Assembly (NCBI GenBank): GCA_030390025.1
Contig: CM059431.1
Location: 132,124,001 to 132,188,000 of the forward strand
Direction: 5' to 3'
Source: Squalus acanthias
Taxonomy: Eukaryota
Length of the DNA stretch: 64,000 bases
The notes under the pieces were generated by a model, which worked only from the letters and a program-made list of their open reading frames with translations, had not been told where the DNA came from and searched no databases. The position numbers were made by a program, and so were the translations under genes. Position 1 is the stretch's first letter, and each line of letters begins with the position of its first letter. This document shows, piece by piece, positions 36,885-49,098 of this stretch.

Positions 36885-39700
36885 GCAGATGTAATATGAT
36901 AGAATTTCACCTTAATTTTGCGAGTGACTTGCCTAAGTCCGAAACTAGAGTCTTAAACTTAAATAAAGCCAATTACATAGGTAGGAGGGGCGAGTTGGCT
37001 AAGGTAGATTGGAAAAATAAATTAAAAGGTATGGCGGTAGATAAGCGGTGGCTAGCATTTAAAGAAATATTTCATAATTCTCAACAAAAATACATTTCAT
37101 TGAGAAACAAAAACTCCATGGGAAAAGTGATCCAAACGTGGCTAACTAAAGAAGTTAAGGATAGCATGAGATTGAAAGAAGAAGCTTATAATATTGCAAA
37201 GAATAAGAGTAAGCCTGAGGATTGAGAGAGTTTCAGAAACCAGCAAAGGATGACCAAATAATTGATAAAAAGGGAAAAAATAGAATATGAGAGAGAATAT
37301 TAGCAAGAAATATAAAAGCAGATTGTAAGAGCTTCTACAAGTATGTAAAAAGGAAGAGAGTAGAAAAAGTAAATGTTGGTCTCTTAGAGGCTGAGACAGG
37401 AGAAATTATTATGGGGAATAAGGAAATGGCAGAAACATTAAACAAATATATATGTATCTGTCTTCACAGTAGAAGACACAAAAAGCATACCAAAAATGGT
37501 GGGGAACCAAGGGTCTAATGAGGGTGAGGAACTTAAATAATTAATATAAGCAGAGAAAATGTACTAGAGAAACTAATAGGACTAAAAGCCGACAAATCCC
37601 CTGGACCTGACTGTCTACATCCTAGGGTTCTAAAAGAAGTGGCTGAAGAGATAGTGGATGCATTGGTTGTGATCTTCCAAAATTTCCTAGATTCTAGAAT
37701 GGTCCCAGCGGATTGGAAGGTCGCAAATGTAACACCGCTATTCAAGAAAAGAGGGAGAGAACTACAGGCCAGTTAACCTGACATCAGGAATAAACGGATC
37801 TTTTTCAGATTGGCAGGCTGTAAATAGTGGGGTGCCAATCAGTGTTGAGGCCTCAGCTATTTACAATCTATATTAATGACCTAGATGAAGGGACCAAGTG
37901 TAATGTATCCAAGTTTGCTGATGATACAAAGCTAGGTGGGACAGTAAGCTGTGAGGAGAACACAAAGGGCTGGATTTTACCAGCCCTGAGGAGGTGGGTC
38001 TGGAGGCGGGACTGCAGGGAAAATCCCAAAAAATAGGAGCGGGTCCCAAACACGCTCCCAGCCCGCCTCCAACGAATCTTCCCAGGAGTCGGGTCTCCGA
38101 TTTGCGCAGGGACCTGACTCTTAGTGGCGGGAAGAGGATTATAGCCACTTAACTTCCTGTTAACAGGCAGTTAAGAGGCTTTTTCCAATTTTTCGACTGC
38201 TGCTGCGGGCTTCCTGACGTTGGGGAACCCCGCCAGGGTAAGTGAGGCGTGCTGTGGGTCTGTTGTTATGTTGGTGTTTGGATGACAGCTGCAGAAGTGG
38301 TGTGAAGGATACAATGGGACACTGGTTAGTATCACAGTTAAGGAAATGTTGTGAAAGTAATTTTGAATGTGGTTAGATGTTTCTGCAGGTGACAAGCTGT
38401 GAAGTGTTTGTGTAGCCTCATCTCATCGGGAGAAGTGACAGATGGCTTCTGCAATCTCACATGCAGCTGCCATCTGTTTTATCCTAAGGAGAGAGTAATT
38501 GGAGAGCCAGGGTGAAAGGGCTCATCTGTGTACAGTGATTGTCAGTGTTTGACAGCACCTCACTGCTGTCAAACACTGACAATTCATCTGTCAAACAAGT
38601 GTGGTGCATATGCCTTTAAGAAAAGCCAGCAGATGAAGCGTCATCAACTGACGTCATCTGACACCGGCTTTCCCTTAATTGGCCGGCAAGCCCGCAGGGC
38701 GGGCTTAACAAGGCCAATCAGGGCAAAATAGCGTCAGTTCGTCAGACGTCGCTGGGGGCGGGAATGGAACCCGAAAACCAGCAGTCCCGCCTCGAACTCG
38801 GCTTGGAAGGTAAAATCCAGCCAAAGAGTCTACAAAGGGATATAGATAGACTAAGTGAGTGGGCAGATGGAGTATAATGTAGGGAAATGTGAGGTTATTC
38901 ACTTTGTTACGAAGAATAGAAAAACAGAATATTTTTTAAATGGTGAGAAACTTTCAAATGTTGGTGTTCAGAGAGATTTGGGTGTCCTCGTGCAAGAAAC
39001 ACAGAAAGCTAGCATGCAGATACAGCAAGCAATAAGGAAGGCAAATGGCATGTTGGCCTTTATTGCAAGGGGGTTGGAGTATAAGAGTAAGGAAGTCTTG
39101 CAACAATTGTACAGGGCCTTGGTGAGACCACACCTGGAGTACTGTGCACAGTTTTGGTCTCCTTATCTAAGGAAGGATATACTTGCCTTGGAGGCGGTGC
39201 AACGAAGGTTCAGTAGATTGATTCCTGGGATGAGAGGGCTGTCCTATGATGAGAGATTGTATAGAATGGGCCTATACTCTCTGGAGTTTAGAAGAATGAG
39301 AGGTGATCTCATTGAAAAATATAAGATTCTGAGGGGATTGACAGGGTAGATGCTGAGAGATTGTTTCCCCTGGCTGGAGTGTCTAGTACTAGGGCACATA
39401 GTCTCAGGATAAGGGGTAGGTCATTTAAGACCGAGATGAGGAGGAATTTCTTCGCACAGAGAGTTGTGAATCGTTGGAATTCTCAGCCCCAGAGGGCTGT
39501 GCATGCTGAGTCTTTGAGTATATTCAAGGCTGTGATAGATAGATTTTTGGACTCTAGGGGAACCAAGGGATATGGAGATCGGGCGGGAAAGTGGAGTTGA
39601 GGTCGATGATCAGTCATGATCTTATTGAATGGCTGAGCAGGCTCGAGGGGCCGTATGGCCTACTCCTGCTCTTATTTCTAATGTTCATATGTTCTTATGT
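36885..39700 (+). mobile_element. CR1 LINE, 5'-truncated, with an internal RT deletion (~37787) and a MITE insertion
   Basis: ORF2 pieces 36848-37225, 37827-37966, 38855-39349 and 39361-39600; tail atgttcttatg. Confidence 0.92.
37967..38822. mobile_element. Harbinger-like MITE in CR1 RT
   Basis: Perfect 13-bp TIR ggctggattttac / gtaaaatccagcc; the host cacaaagagtc is split with AAA duplicated. Confidence 0.88.
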
Positions 39701-39805
39701 AATGAGTGTCAATGTACTAATCTGATATTGTTGGTAATTTTGCTTGTTAAGGAACAATTGTAGGGTTTTATTTCTAAATTTCTCAGGCTTGACTGATGAA
39801 AAAGT

Positions 39806-39866
39806 GAGAAGTCGCACAACACCAGGTTATAGTCCAACAGATTTATTTAAAATTACAAGCTTTCGA
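39806..39866 (-). mobile_element. Short fragment of a second Penelope-like pLTR family
   Basis: cacaacaccaggttatagtccaacag...agctttcg flanked by the 10-bp direct repeat atgaaaaagt (39796-39805, 39867-39876). Family assignment from recall. Confidence 0.55.
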
Positions 39867-41077
39867 ATGAAAAAGTAGTTATTGTCTCCTGTTCAGAGCT
39901 GATGTTACAGCAGCGGCAAGTGCAGGAAGTGTACAAAATACTTGTTTTTTACATTTTACAATTGTTTTAAAAGGATCCCCTGATGGCAAATGGGAATTCA
40001 AACACTTGTCTACTGTACAAAGGGATTCTTCCCTTAATTCTCATTATAGGTTTAAAAAAAACATATATTAATGACTTTCTTTCCTTTAAGAGGACATAGA
40101 GTGTGAGGCAGTGCTTCAGGGACTCCACTGCAGAGGAACATTGAGAATTCAGTGACAAGTCAGCATGGAAAGAATAGGAACTTGGAGAGCATGCTTTACA
40201 GAAACAGCCCAGAGCAAGGGAGCAACTATGTAGAAAAAGCAGGAGCTATACTGAAAAATGGGGAAGTGGCTCAAGGTGTTCCAACATATCTAAGGCATAC
40301 ATCCAGGAATACAGCAGGTTCAATCCATGCTTTCTATTGAGTTAACTATCTAGACAAACTTACTGAACCATTGGAAGAGTCCTAACAATGCTCCTTTAAA
40401 TAAATTGTATTGTTCTTTAAAAATGTCCAGCAAGAAAAAAGCACCATCGGCCAATTGCAGTATGCTAGCAATCATTGAGTCCACTGGAATTTTTATGTTG
40501 TTTTTGTGGAATTTAAAATTTATGATCTAGATCACATCTTTTTATTGCAAATATTAGAGTCGACTCTATCCAAGTCGCCATGTTGGCTCACCCTGATATG
40601 CCCTTCGGAAGTGTTCAACTTGAAAGACTATTTTATATAATAATACATCTGCTGGAAATAGGATTTATGTTGATCTAACATTCTCAAAATAGAGTAGACC
40701 ATCGTTCAGAAAGTCATAACACAGCCTGATAGAAAGAATAGGAAATGCATTTAGAATTTATTTCGAGTGATTCAAATCTATTTTGTTCCATGTGATCACC
40801 ATTAACTGAAATGTTACTGTTTACTGTGTAAGTTTGAACACTTCTCAGTTTCCTGTGGATATTTTAAATAGTCAGAAAGCAGCTGTAAACTGATCCATGT
40901 TGAGATTGCTTTGGTGCATTTAACTGGTCTTTCTGGAAATGGTCTGTTTCAAGATGGATTTGAAGAAATTTGCAATGGGGTTGGCATGAATTGCAGACTA
41001 TGTTTGGATAGTTTACTTGAGATGTAATAAACACTGAACAGTTCGATAAATTTGTTCACGTAAAATCCTGACATTAA

Positions 41078-42814
41078 GGCCGCGATTTCCCCAACCTCGG
41101 CGGGTCCGGTGGGGCCGGGGTCGGTGGTGGGGTGTGACCCCTGCTGCTAGCTCCAGCCCGCTCTGTAGCGTGATTTTACGTGAATTGAGCTTGTTAAGCC
41201 CGCCCAACGCATTTCCCAGCCAATTGATGGAAGCGGGTCTGATGAGGTCACTTGATGATGTGTCATCAGCCGGTTTCCTTAAAGGGACCATGCACAAATT
41301 TACTTTGACAGTTGTGCTGTCAGTATTCTACAGCATTGAGGTGCTGCAAACACTGACAAGCACTGCACAGAGGTGCACGGCTGCACCCAGGCTCTCCCAT
41401 GACTCACTCCATATGCTTATGGAGGGAGTCATAGCACGCAGGGAGGTTCTCTTCCCTTCCAATGGGCAGAAGAGACCTCCCCAGGAGATCAACGCAGCCT
41501 GGTTGCACGTTGCACAGGAGGGCACAAGCAGGGATGTCGCCAGGAGGACCTGGCTGCAGTGGCGCAAACCATTCAATTATCTCAGTAGATCACGAAATGT
41601 TACTGCAAAGCCACACTCAACCTTATCCTGCTGTGCCACTCATCACATCCCCATCACTCTGCCTTCCCTACCCTACTCCTGCACAGCCTTACTCACACCA
41701 ACTTACCTTGCACCTCCACCAATCCCTCTCAATCTGCATTATCACTTCCCCATCTCACTAGCCACCCCTCAAACTCATCCTCATCCTAGTCCAATCATAC
41801 CAACTGACAACTTGTGTGTTTTAGACAATGTTCATGTGAAGTTTCTGTTAATGTGGTGTCAAACATTGAAATCTTCATTTTCAACACTTTGCGTTCTTGG
41901 ACAGATCTATGTGCACCTTTGGAAGTGGCTTAGTGAGTTGCAGTGAATGGTGAAACATAACGGTACCCCCCACAATGGTCATGAGTGTGAAAGGAATGGC
42001 TTGGGCATTGTAGGGATGCTTTACAGTGTTGGTGTGGGTTGGTGCCAACCTGGCGCATCATGTGGCAGCCAGGGTGTACAGCGTCAAGTGAAGTAAATCT
42101 GGCCATGGTGAGGCCATTCCTGACTTCCGGGCAGCAATATGGTTGGGTGCTGATGCCCTCTATCCTGTGCAGCATCAGTTGATTGCAGAGAAGGTTGGTG
42201 GTGTGCCTGGTGCTGCTGGTGTTGGGGCTGATCGTGGTAGGATTCTGAGGACCAAGGTGAGATAGTTTCAAGGGCACCGATGCTGATGGAATAGATGGCA
42301 CGTGAAGTTGAGATGACAGAAGCGATCTGTCAATGGTGAAAGAGGTTGTTCCAAAGAGGTGACACTGGATAGAGAGTTTACTCCAAACACTTGCAAGCTG
42401 CATAAAGCTCAATCTGTCTTCCAAATGCAGTAAGCAACAGCTTCTAACCTTGGAAAGTGAACAGCTATGAAATGGGAGCTTTTATAGAACATTTACAGCT
42501 GTCAAGTTAAGAAATCATCCCATGCTGACACAACACTCGACCTCCTTACCTGACGTGATCCCCGAGCAGCGGGGAAGCCGTGGGCGAACTCTTAAAATCT
42601 AAGGGTGAGCTTAAAATAGTTTTTAAGTGCCTGTTAACATGCTCTTAATAATCTAAATTGCCTCCCCTGCCGCTTGGTGTCAGGTCTGTTCAGCATTGAC
42701 AGACCCGACATCTGGGAAGCTAGCGTGGAGGCTACCTACCCACTGTCAAAAAAAGAATTTTCCCACCCGACCTGCCACCAAACGCGCCCGCTGACCCCCC
42801 GAAAAATTCCCCCC
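41078..42814 (+). mobile_element. Non-autonomous PIF/Harbinger derivative (Myb exon + transposase-like termini)
   Basis: Canonical TAA TSD; ends ggccgcgatttc / gaaaaattcccccc; colinear with 29480-31232. Confidence 0.87.
41364..41598 (+). pseudogene. Myb/SANT-like domain exon
   Basis: AQRCTAAPRLSHDSLHMLMEGVIARREVLFPSNGQKRPPQEINAAWLHVAQEGTSRDVARRTWLQWRKPFNYLSRS, within ORF 41134-41946. Confidence 0.8.
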
Positions 42815-43381
42815 TAATTCTTCAAGGAGCTTCAGCTGAGAAATGTATGTGGGTTAACATATGGAAAGAAAAAATTCAGCTGACCTTAGAAACAATGAGT
42901 TGTCTTTCTGATGAGGTATGTTCACCTTGGACAATTTGAAATCTATTTTACATAGATTTAAGTAAACAAAAATGAATAAATGCATCAAGGATGGTATGCA
43001 GATTTTATAATTTATTTAAATGGAGGTTGTCAGCTGATAAAGTCACTTGTAAAACACTTCATCAGTAAGTTTTTCAGTACAGATTATTCCAAATATTTGA
43101 CTCATCAAAAAACTAGCTCATTCCCAAGCAGGCAATACTCCTTGTTGCACGTTTGTCATGTAGTAACTGGTGCCGATGAAACTGTGTGAATAACATGCTT
43201 CAAAAATGGCCAGTCAGTGATCTGTTTCAGGTTCAATAACATTTCTCTACGCTGGGATAAGTCCAATGAAGATGAACTGGATTGCTTATTCAGTTTCTAC
43301 TCAACTGACGTTTTAGCTGTTTGTGTCTGAGTGTATATAAAGCAAAGAGGGCAGAGCTTATTCTTGTTTCCCAAACACCTT

Positions 43382-44050
43382 GGGGTGTATTTTAACCTCC
43401 GAAAATGGGTGGGTTTGAGTTGGGTGAGATGCTGAAATTTTAAAAATCTCAAACCTGACCCCAGCCCGCCTCCAACCCACCAACCTCCGGGTGGCGGGGC
43501 AAGGGGCAGGCAGCCAACCTGATCCCAGGAGATGGGTTGGCCATTTATATATTTTAATGAGGCTGGCAGCTTCAGGTTTAACCTGTTTTACACGTTGTTT
43601 CCCATGGGTTTCCCATGCCTCGGGAAACCTGGCAGCTCAAGGGAGGAGAGAACTGCTTTGGGGAGAAGGTAAGTGCCTTTACAGCACTACTCGTGGGTCA
43701 AGAGGAGCAGGAGTGCTTCCCCTCGGCCACCCAAGCTTACCCTCTTCCCTGGAATTGGACCCCCTCTCCCACCCATCAGACACCCCCATAGAAAGACGCC
43801 CCAATTGGATCGATTCCCTCCACCCCCCGGGTCAGACACCACCCCGGGTCAGGGATCGGAACTCCCCTCCCCCCCCCACGCTCCCACTAGCAGCTGCAGG
43901 CTCCTTACCTGCAGCTGTGGCCTGCTCCGGAGTGCTTCCCGCCTGGCTGGAAGCCAAACCTGTTAATCAGGCTGACTTATGGGCAGGGATCCTACTGCTG
44001 TTAACTCACCACAGCATGCGGGGAAACCCGGGCCCTGTCAATATCGTGCC
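43382..44050 (+). mobile_element. Harbinger-like MITE
   Basis: TSD CTT; ends ggggtgtatttt / aatatcgtgcc; homolog of 31950-32673. Confidence 0.85.
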
Positions 44051-44475
44051 CTTGATGCAGTTGTGTCAAAACATTATGGCATGGCGTTTCTGTGTGATTT
44101 CTGCCCAGATATCAGCATAATTTGGATAGAATCGAATGAAATAGCATTAAAGTTTGCGGAATCTTAAGCGTTAGTTGCGCCCAAAGCTACTTTACGCTGG
44201 TCAAAAGTCCATTCACCAGAAGCAGTCCTGCCCACAAAATTGGTCATGCCCCCAGGTCAGAATGGCGAGTTCTTGGCGATCACATATGTTCGGGCTTGTT
44301 CATCACATTGTGCCTAGATTCTCGGGCTCACAGGCACCGGTGATCACATCAATCCAGCATTAATCACCTGTACCTGCAGTAACCGGCAGTGAATTGAAGC
44401 CTGACCCTGTTGTGTTTCTCCTGCTGCTGCTGCAATTACCTTAAATTACTTTAAATTCAGTTTAAATTAGTCTAA

Positions 44476-44547
44476 TACAAAAGCAAGATACTGCGGATGC
44501 TGGAAATCTGAAATAAAAACAGAAAATGCTGGAAATACTTAGCAGCT
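44476..44547 (-). mobile_element. Penelope pLTR terminal fragment
   Basis: Near-identical to 15804-15871. Confidence 0.75.
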
Positions 44548-45677
44548 CTAAAATGAGGTGCCAACCTAGGGAAGCTACAACACAGGACTACATGCCTGCT
44601 AAACTGCGGAAGCAGCATGCTATAGACAGAGCTATGTGATCCCACAACCAAGGGATCAGATCAAAGCTCTGCAGTCCTGCCACATCCAGTCGTGAATGGT
44701 GGTGGACAATTAAACAACTAATGGGAGGAGGAGGCTCCATGAATATCCCCATCCTCAATGATGGTGGAGCCCAGCACGCAAGTGCAAAAGACAAAAGAGA
44801 AGTGCCGAGTGGATGATCCATATCGACCTCCTCCTGAGGTCCACACCATCACAGAAGCCAGTCTTCAGCCAATTCGATTCACACCACGTGGTACCAAGAA
44901 AAGGTTGAGCGCACTGGATACAGCAAAGGCTATGGGCCCTGACAACATCCTGGCTGTCGTGCTGAAGCCTTGTGCTCCAGAACTAGCCATGGCTCTAGCC
45001 AAGCTGTTCCAGTACAGCTACAACACTGGCATCGACCCGACAAAGTGGAAAGCTGGAATTTTCTCTAGGGAGGCGGGTTGGGGTCTGGGGATCTCCTAGG
45101 CGGGCAGGAAACCCGGCAGGCCGGGTATCCCGCAGACCCTGCCGACTTTAACAGCAGGGCTTGATTTGCATGTGTGGCCTCGGATTCCCGCCCGCAGCCA
45201 GCCAGATTGAGAGGCTGGTTGGGTCCGGGCGGGTAGGCCTGCAGATGCGAGAGGACGGTCCGGGGAGGGGTGAGGGGGGTCAGCATAGGGCATCACGGTA
45301 GGCAGGTCGGGGGCATTGGGGATCGAAGCGGGTGTTGACGGAGTGGGGTGTGGTCGGTTGGGGATCGGCAGTGGGTGGTCGGCAGGGGATCGGGGGGAAT
45401 CAAGGATCGGCTGGTGTGGGGGTCAGCCGGATCATTGGCAGTGGGGGAGAGAGGATCAGGGCCGGTCACCGGAAGATTGTTTATCCGACCTCAGCATCAT
45501 TGGTGGGGTGGGGGGGGAGGCCTCATGGTTGGGATCGGAGGTCTGGGGTGGGTGATTGGAGGCCTTGTGAGGGGGTCTCCGATCGTGGTTGGTGGGTTCG
45601 GCAGGGACCCTGGATCTAGGAGGTAGGTGTAAAGCCAATTACCTCCTGGATGCAGCAGTCCCCGCCTCGGTTTAACT

Positions 45678-46120
45678 AGCAAAAAATATAAAAACGGATT
45701 GTAAAAGCTTCTATAGGTATATGAGAAGGAAAAGACTGGTGAAGGTAAATGTAGGTCCTTTACAGTCAGAGACAGGAGAATTTATAATGGGGAATGAGGA
45801 AATGGCAGAGAAATTAAAAAAATACTTTGGGCTGGATTTTGTCTTGGGGTCGGGTTGGGGTCGTGTTACCCGCATTTCGTGTTGCTCCCCCGACTCCAGA
45901 TTAATGTGGATGAATGATGCAATTTTCACTTAATTGGGCAATTGAGTTCCAGCATGTGGGAACCCATGAACCAATTAGTGGTTTCAGTCTGAAAGTCGCC
46001 TCTGATGATGTCATCCTTGCAGGTCAGAGACTGCCTGCCTGGTCTCAGAGACTGCCTGGCCTTTGCTGTGCGTGGACCTGCCTTGTGAGTGGATGGACCT
46101 GGATGCAAAATGAGCAGCAG

Positions 46121-46156
<36 letters not shown>

Positions 46157-48297
46157 AAGTCCTCTCACAGCAAGGCCAGGCAGTCTCTGAAGACATTCAA
46201 TGCAGCAGCATTAGAGGCGACTTTCACACCTAATACTACTACTACCTTCATCACATCTCTGTTGTAATAGTGGACCTGCAGCTGATAGTCAGCTATCCAC
46301 TTGTGCTCCCGCCAGGTTTCACTGGTGTGTTTCACATCAGGTGTACTTCACATCGGAAAAGGGTTAAACTAGCTAAAACATTTCAAAATGGCATTACAGA
46401 GCCAATTTAGGGCTTGTTAAGGGCTTTAATGGCCTCTCCCGCCTCTTGGAGGTGGGACGGAGTTGGGAACCCCGCGACTGATTTTGTCAAAATTGCGTGG
46501 AGGTGGGATGGAGTCGGGATGGGGTCGAGACCCCCGTATCTGCAACTTTAACCCCCCACACGCCTCCAAACCCGTCTCCACGGGTCATTGAAAATCCAGC
46601 CCTTTGTTTCTGTCTTCACGGAGGAAGACACAAAAAACCTCCCAGAAATACGAGAAAACCAAGGGTGTGGTGAGAATGAGGAACTTAAAGAAATTATTAT
46701 CAGTAAAAAAGCAGTACTAGCGAAATTAATGGGACTAAAAGTCGATAAATCCCAAGGACCGGATGACCTACATCCTAGGGTTTTGAAAGAGGTGGCAATT
46801 GGAATAGTGGATGCATTGGTTGTCATTTTCCAAAATTCTATAGATTCTGGATGGTTCCTGCAGATTGGAGGATAGCAAATGTAACCCCGCTATTTAAGAA
46901 AGGAGGGAGAGAGAAAACGGGGAACTACAGACCTGTTAGCCTCACATCAGTAGTTGGGAAAATGCTGGAATCTATTATAAAGGATGCAATAACTGGGCAC
47001 TTAGAAACTAATGGTAAGATTGGGCAGAGTCAACATGGATTTATGAAAGGGAAATCCTGTTTGACAAACCTATTGGAGTTCTTTGAGGATGTAACTAGTG
47101 GAGTAGACAAAGGGGAACAGGTAGATGTGGTATATTTGGATTTTCAGAAGGCCTTCGATAAGGTCCCACACAAGAGGTTGGTGAACAAAATTAGGGCACA
47201 TGATTGGGGGTAATATACTAGCATGGATTGAGAATTGGTTAACAGACAGAAAGCAAAGAGTAGGGATAAACGTGTCTTTTTCAGGATGGCAGGCTGTGAC
47301 TAGTGGGGTACCGCAAGGATCGGTGCTTGGGCTCCAGCTATTCACAATCTATATCAATGATTTGGATGAGGGGACTAAATGTAACATTTCCAAATTTGCT
47401 GATGATACAAAGCTAGGTGGCAGTGTCAGTTGTGAAGAGGATGTCAAGAGGCTTCAAGGGGATCTCAACAGGCTCAGTGAGTGGGCGAGAACATGGCAGA
47501 TGGAATATAACGTGGATAAATGTGAAGTTATCCACTTTGGTAGAAAAAACAGAAAGGCAGAGTATTTCCTAAATGGTGAAAGATTGGGGAATGCAGATTA
47601 TCAAAGGGACCTGGGTGTCCTTGTACATGAGTCACTGAAAGTGAATGTGTAGGTGCAGCAAGCCATTAGGAAGGCAAATGGTATGCTGGCCTTCATTACA
47701 AGAGGATTTGAGTACAGGAGTAAAGAAGTCTTACTCCAATTATATGGGGCCTTGGTGAGACCACACCTGGAGTACTGTGTAGAATTTTGGTCTCCTTACC
47801 TAAGGAAGGATATACTTGCCATAGAGGGAGTGCAACGAAGGTTCACGAGATTGAATCTTGGGATGGCGGGACTGTCGTATGAGAAGAATTCAGAAGAATG
47901 AGAGGGGATCTCATTGAAGCATGCAAAATTATTACAGGGCTTGATAGAGTGGATGCTGGGAGAATGTTTCCCTTGGCTGGGGAGTCTAGAACCAGGGGCC
48001 ACAGCCTCAGGATAAAGGGTAGGCCATTCAGGACTGAGATGAGAAGAAATTTCTTCACACAGAGGGTGGTGAATCTTTGGAATTCTCTACCCCAGAGGGC
48101 TGTGGAGGCTCAGTCATTGGGTATATTCAAAACAGAAGTCGATAGATATCTGACTTGTAAGGGCATCAAGGGATATGGCGATAGAGCCGTTGAGTGGAAT
48201 TGAGGCAGAAGATCAGCCATGATCTCATTGAATGGCGGAGCAGGCTCGAAGGGCCGAATGGCCTACTCCTGCTCCTATTTCTTATGTTCTTATGTTC
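45678..48297 (+). mobile_element. CR1 LINE (same subfamily as 18048-20349)
   Basis: RT motifs, (TTATGTTC)n tail, TSD ttaact (45672-45677, 48298-48303). Confidence 0.93.
45829..46602. mobile_element. Harbinger-like MITE inside CR1
   Basis: Perfect 12-bp TIR gggctggatttt / aaaatccagccc; TSD TTT; internal (GA)n at ~46123-46151. Confidence 0.9.
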
Positions 48298-49098
48298 TTA
48301 ACTGCCGGGTTTCACGAATTGTGTGAAACCCATCCACAGGCTGTTAAATTCAAAATGGAGGGGGAAAAAGAGGCTACCAGCCTTTTTACAATATTTAAAT
48401 TAAGGTAACCCCCCTGGCAGCGGGTTGGTTGCCCGCCCCCATCCCATCCCGCCTCCGGTAAACCTGGAAGTGGGCGGGTTGGAGGCAGGATCAGGTCAGG
48501 AAACCCATTTTTAACAATTTAACTGCCCCCATGCTCCAAACCCACCCTTTTTTTAGGGGAAAATTCTGGCTGAAAATTGCCCAGGTATGTCTTGTCCAAA
48601 AAAGCAGGACAAATCCAATCCAGCCAATTACCACCCCATCAGTCTACTCTCAATCATCAGTAAAGTGATGGAAGGTTTCATCAACAGTGCTATCAAGCGG
48701 CACTTACTCACCAATAACCTGCTCACCAATGCTCAGTTTGGATTCCGCCAAGAGCACCCGGCTCCCGGCCTCATTACAACCTTGGCTCAAACATGGACAA
48801 AAGAGCTGAATTCCAGAGGTGAGGTGAGAGTGACTGCCCTTGATATCAAGGCAACATTTGACCGACTGTGGCATCAAGGAGCCCTAGTAAAATTGGGAAT
48901 CAGGGGGAATCTCTCCACTGGCTGGTGTCATACCTAGCACAAAGGTAGATGGTTATGGTTGTTGGAGGCCAATCATCACAGCTGCAGAACATCGCTGCAG
49001 GAGTTCCTCAGAACAATATCCGAGGCCCAACCATCTTCAGCTGCTTCATCAATGACCTTCCCTCCATCATAAGGTCAGAAGTGGGGATGCTCGCTGAT

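Larger units (their letters stand above)
45051..48571 (-). mobile_element. Harbinger-like MITE (related to the 31950 family) containing a CR1
   Basis: TIRs agctggaattttc / gaaaattctggct; TSD GAA; the reverse complement of 48440-48571 matches 31950-32080. Confidence 0.85.
44548..49098 (+). mobile_element. LINE family B internal fragment split by a nested insertion
   Basis: 44548-45050 matches 11810-12342, and 48572-49098 continues to the LADD (FADD-equivalent) motif. Confidence 0.88.

Noticed and set aside
41134..41946. 270-aa ORF as an intact Myb gene
   Set aside because: It starts at GTG within the transposon's subterminal region and reads through presumed intron sequence; the sister copies are not open across the same span.
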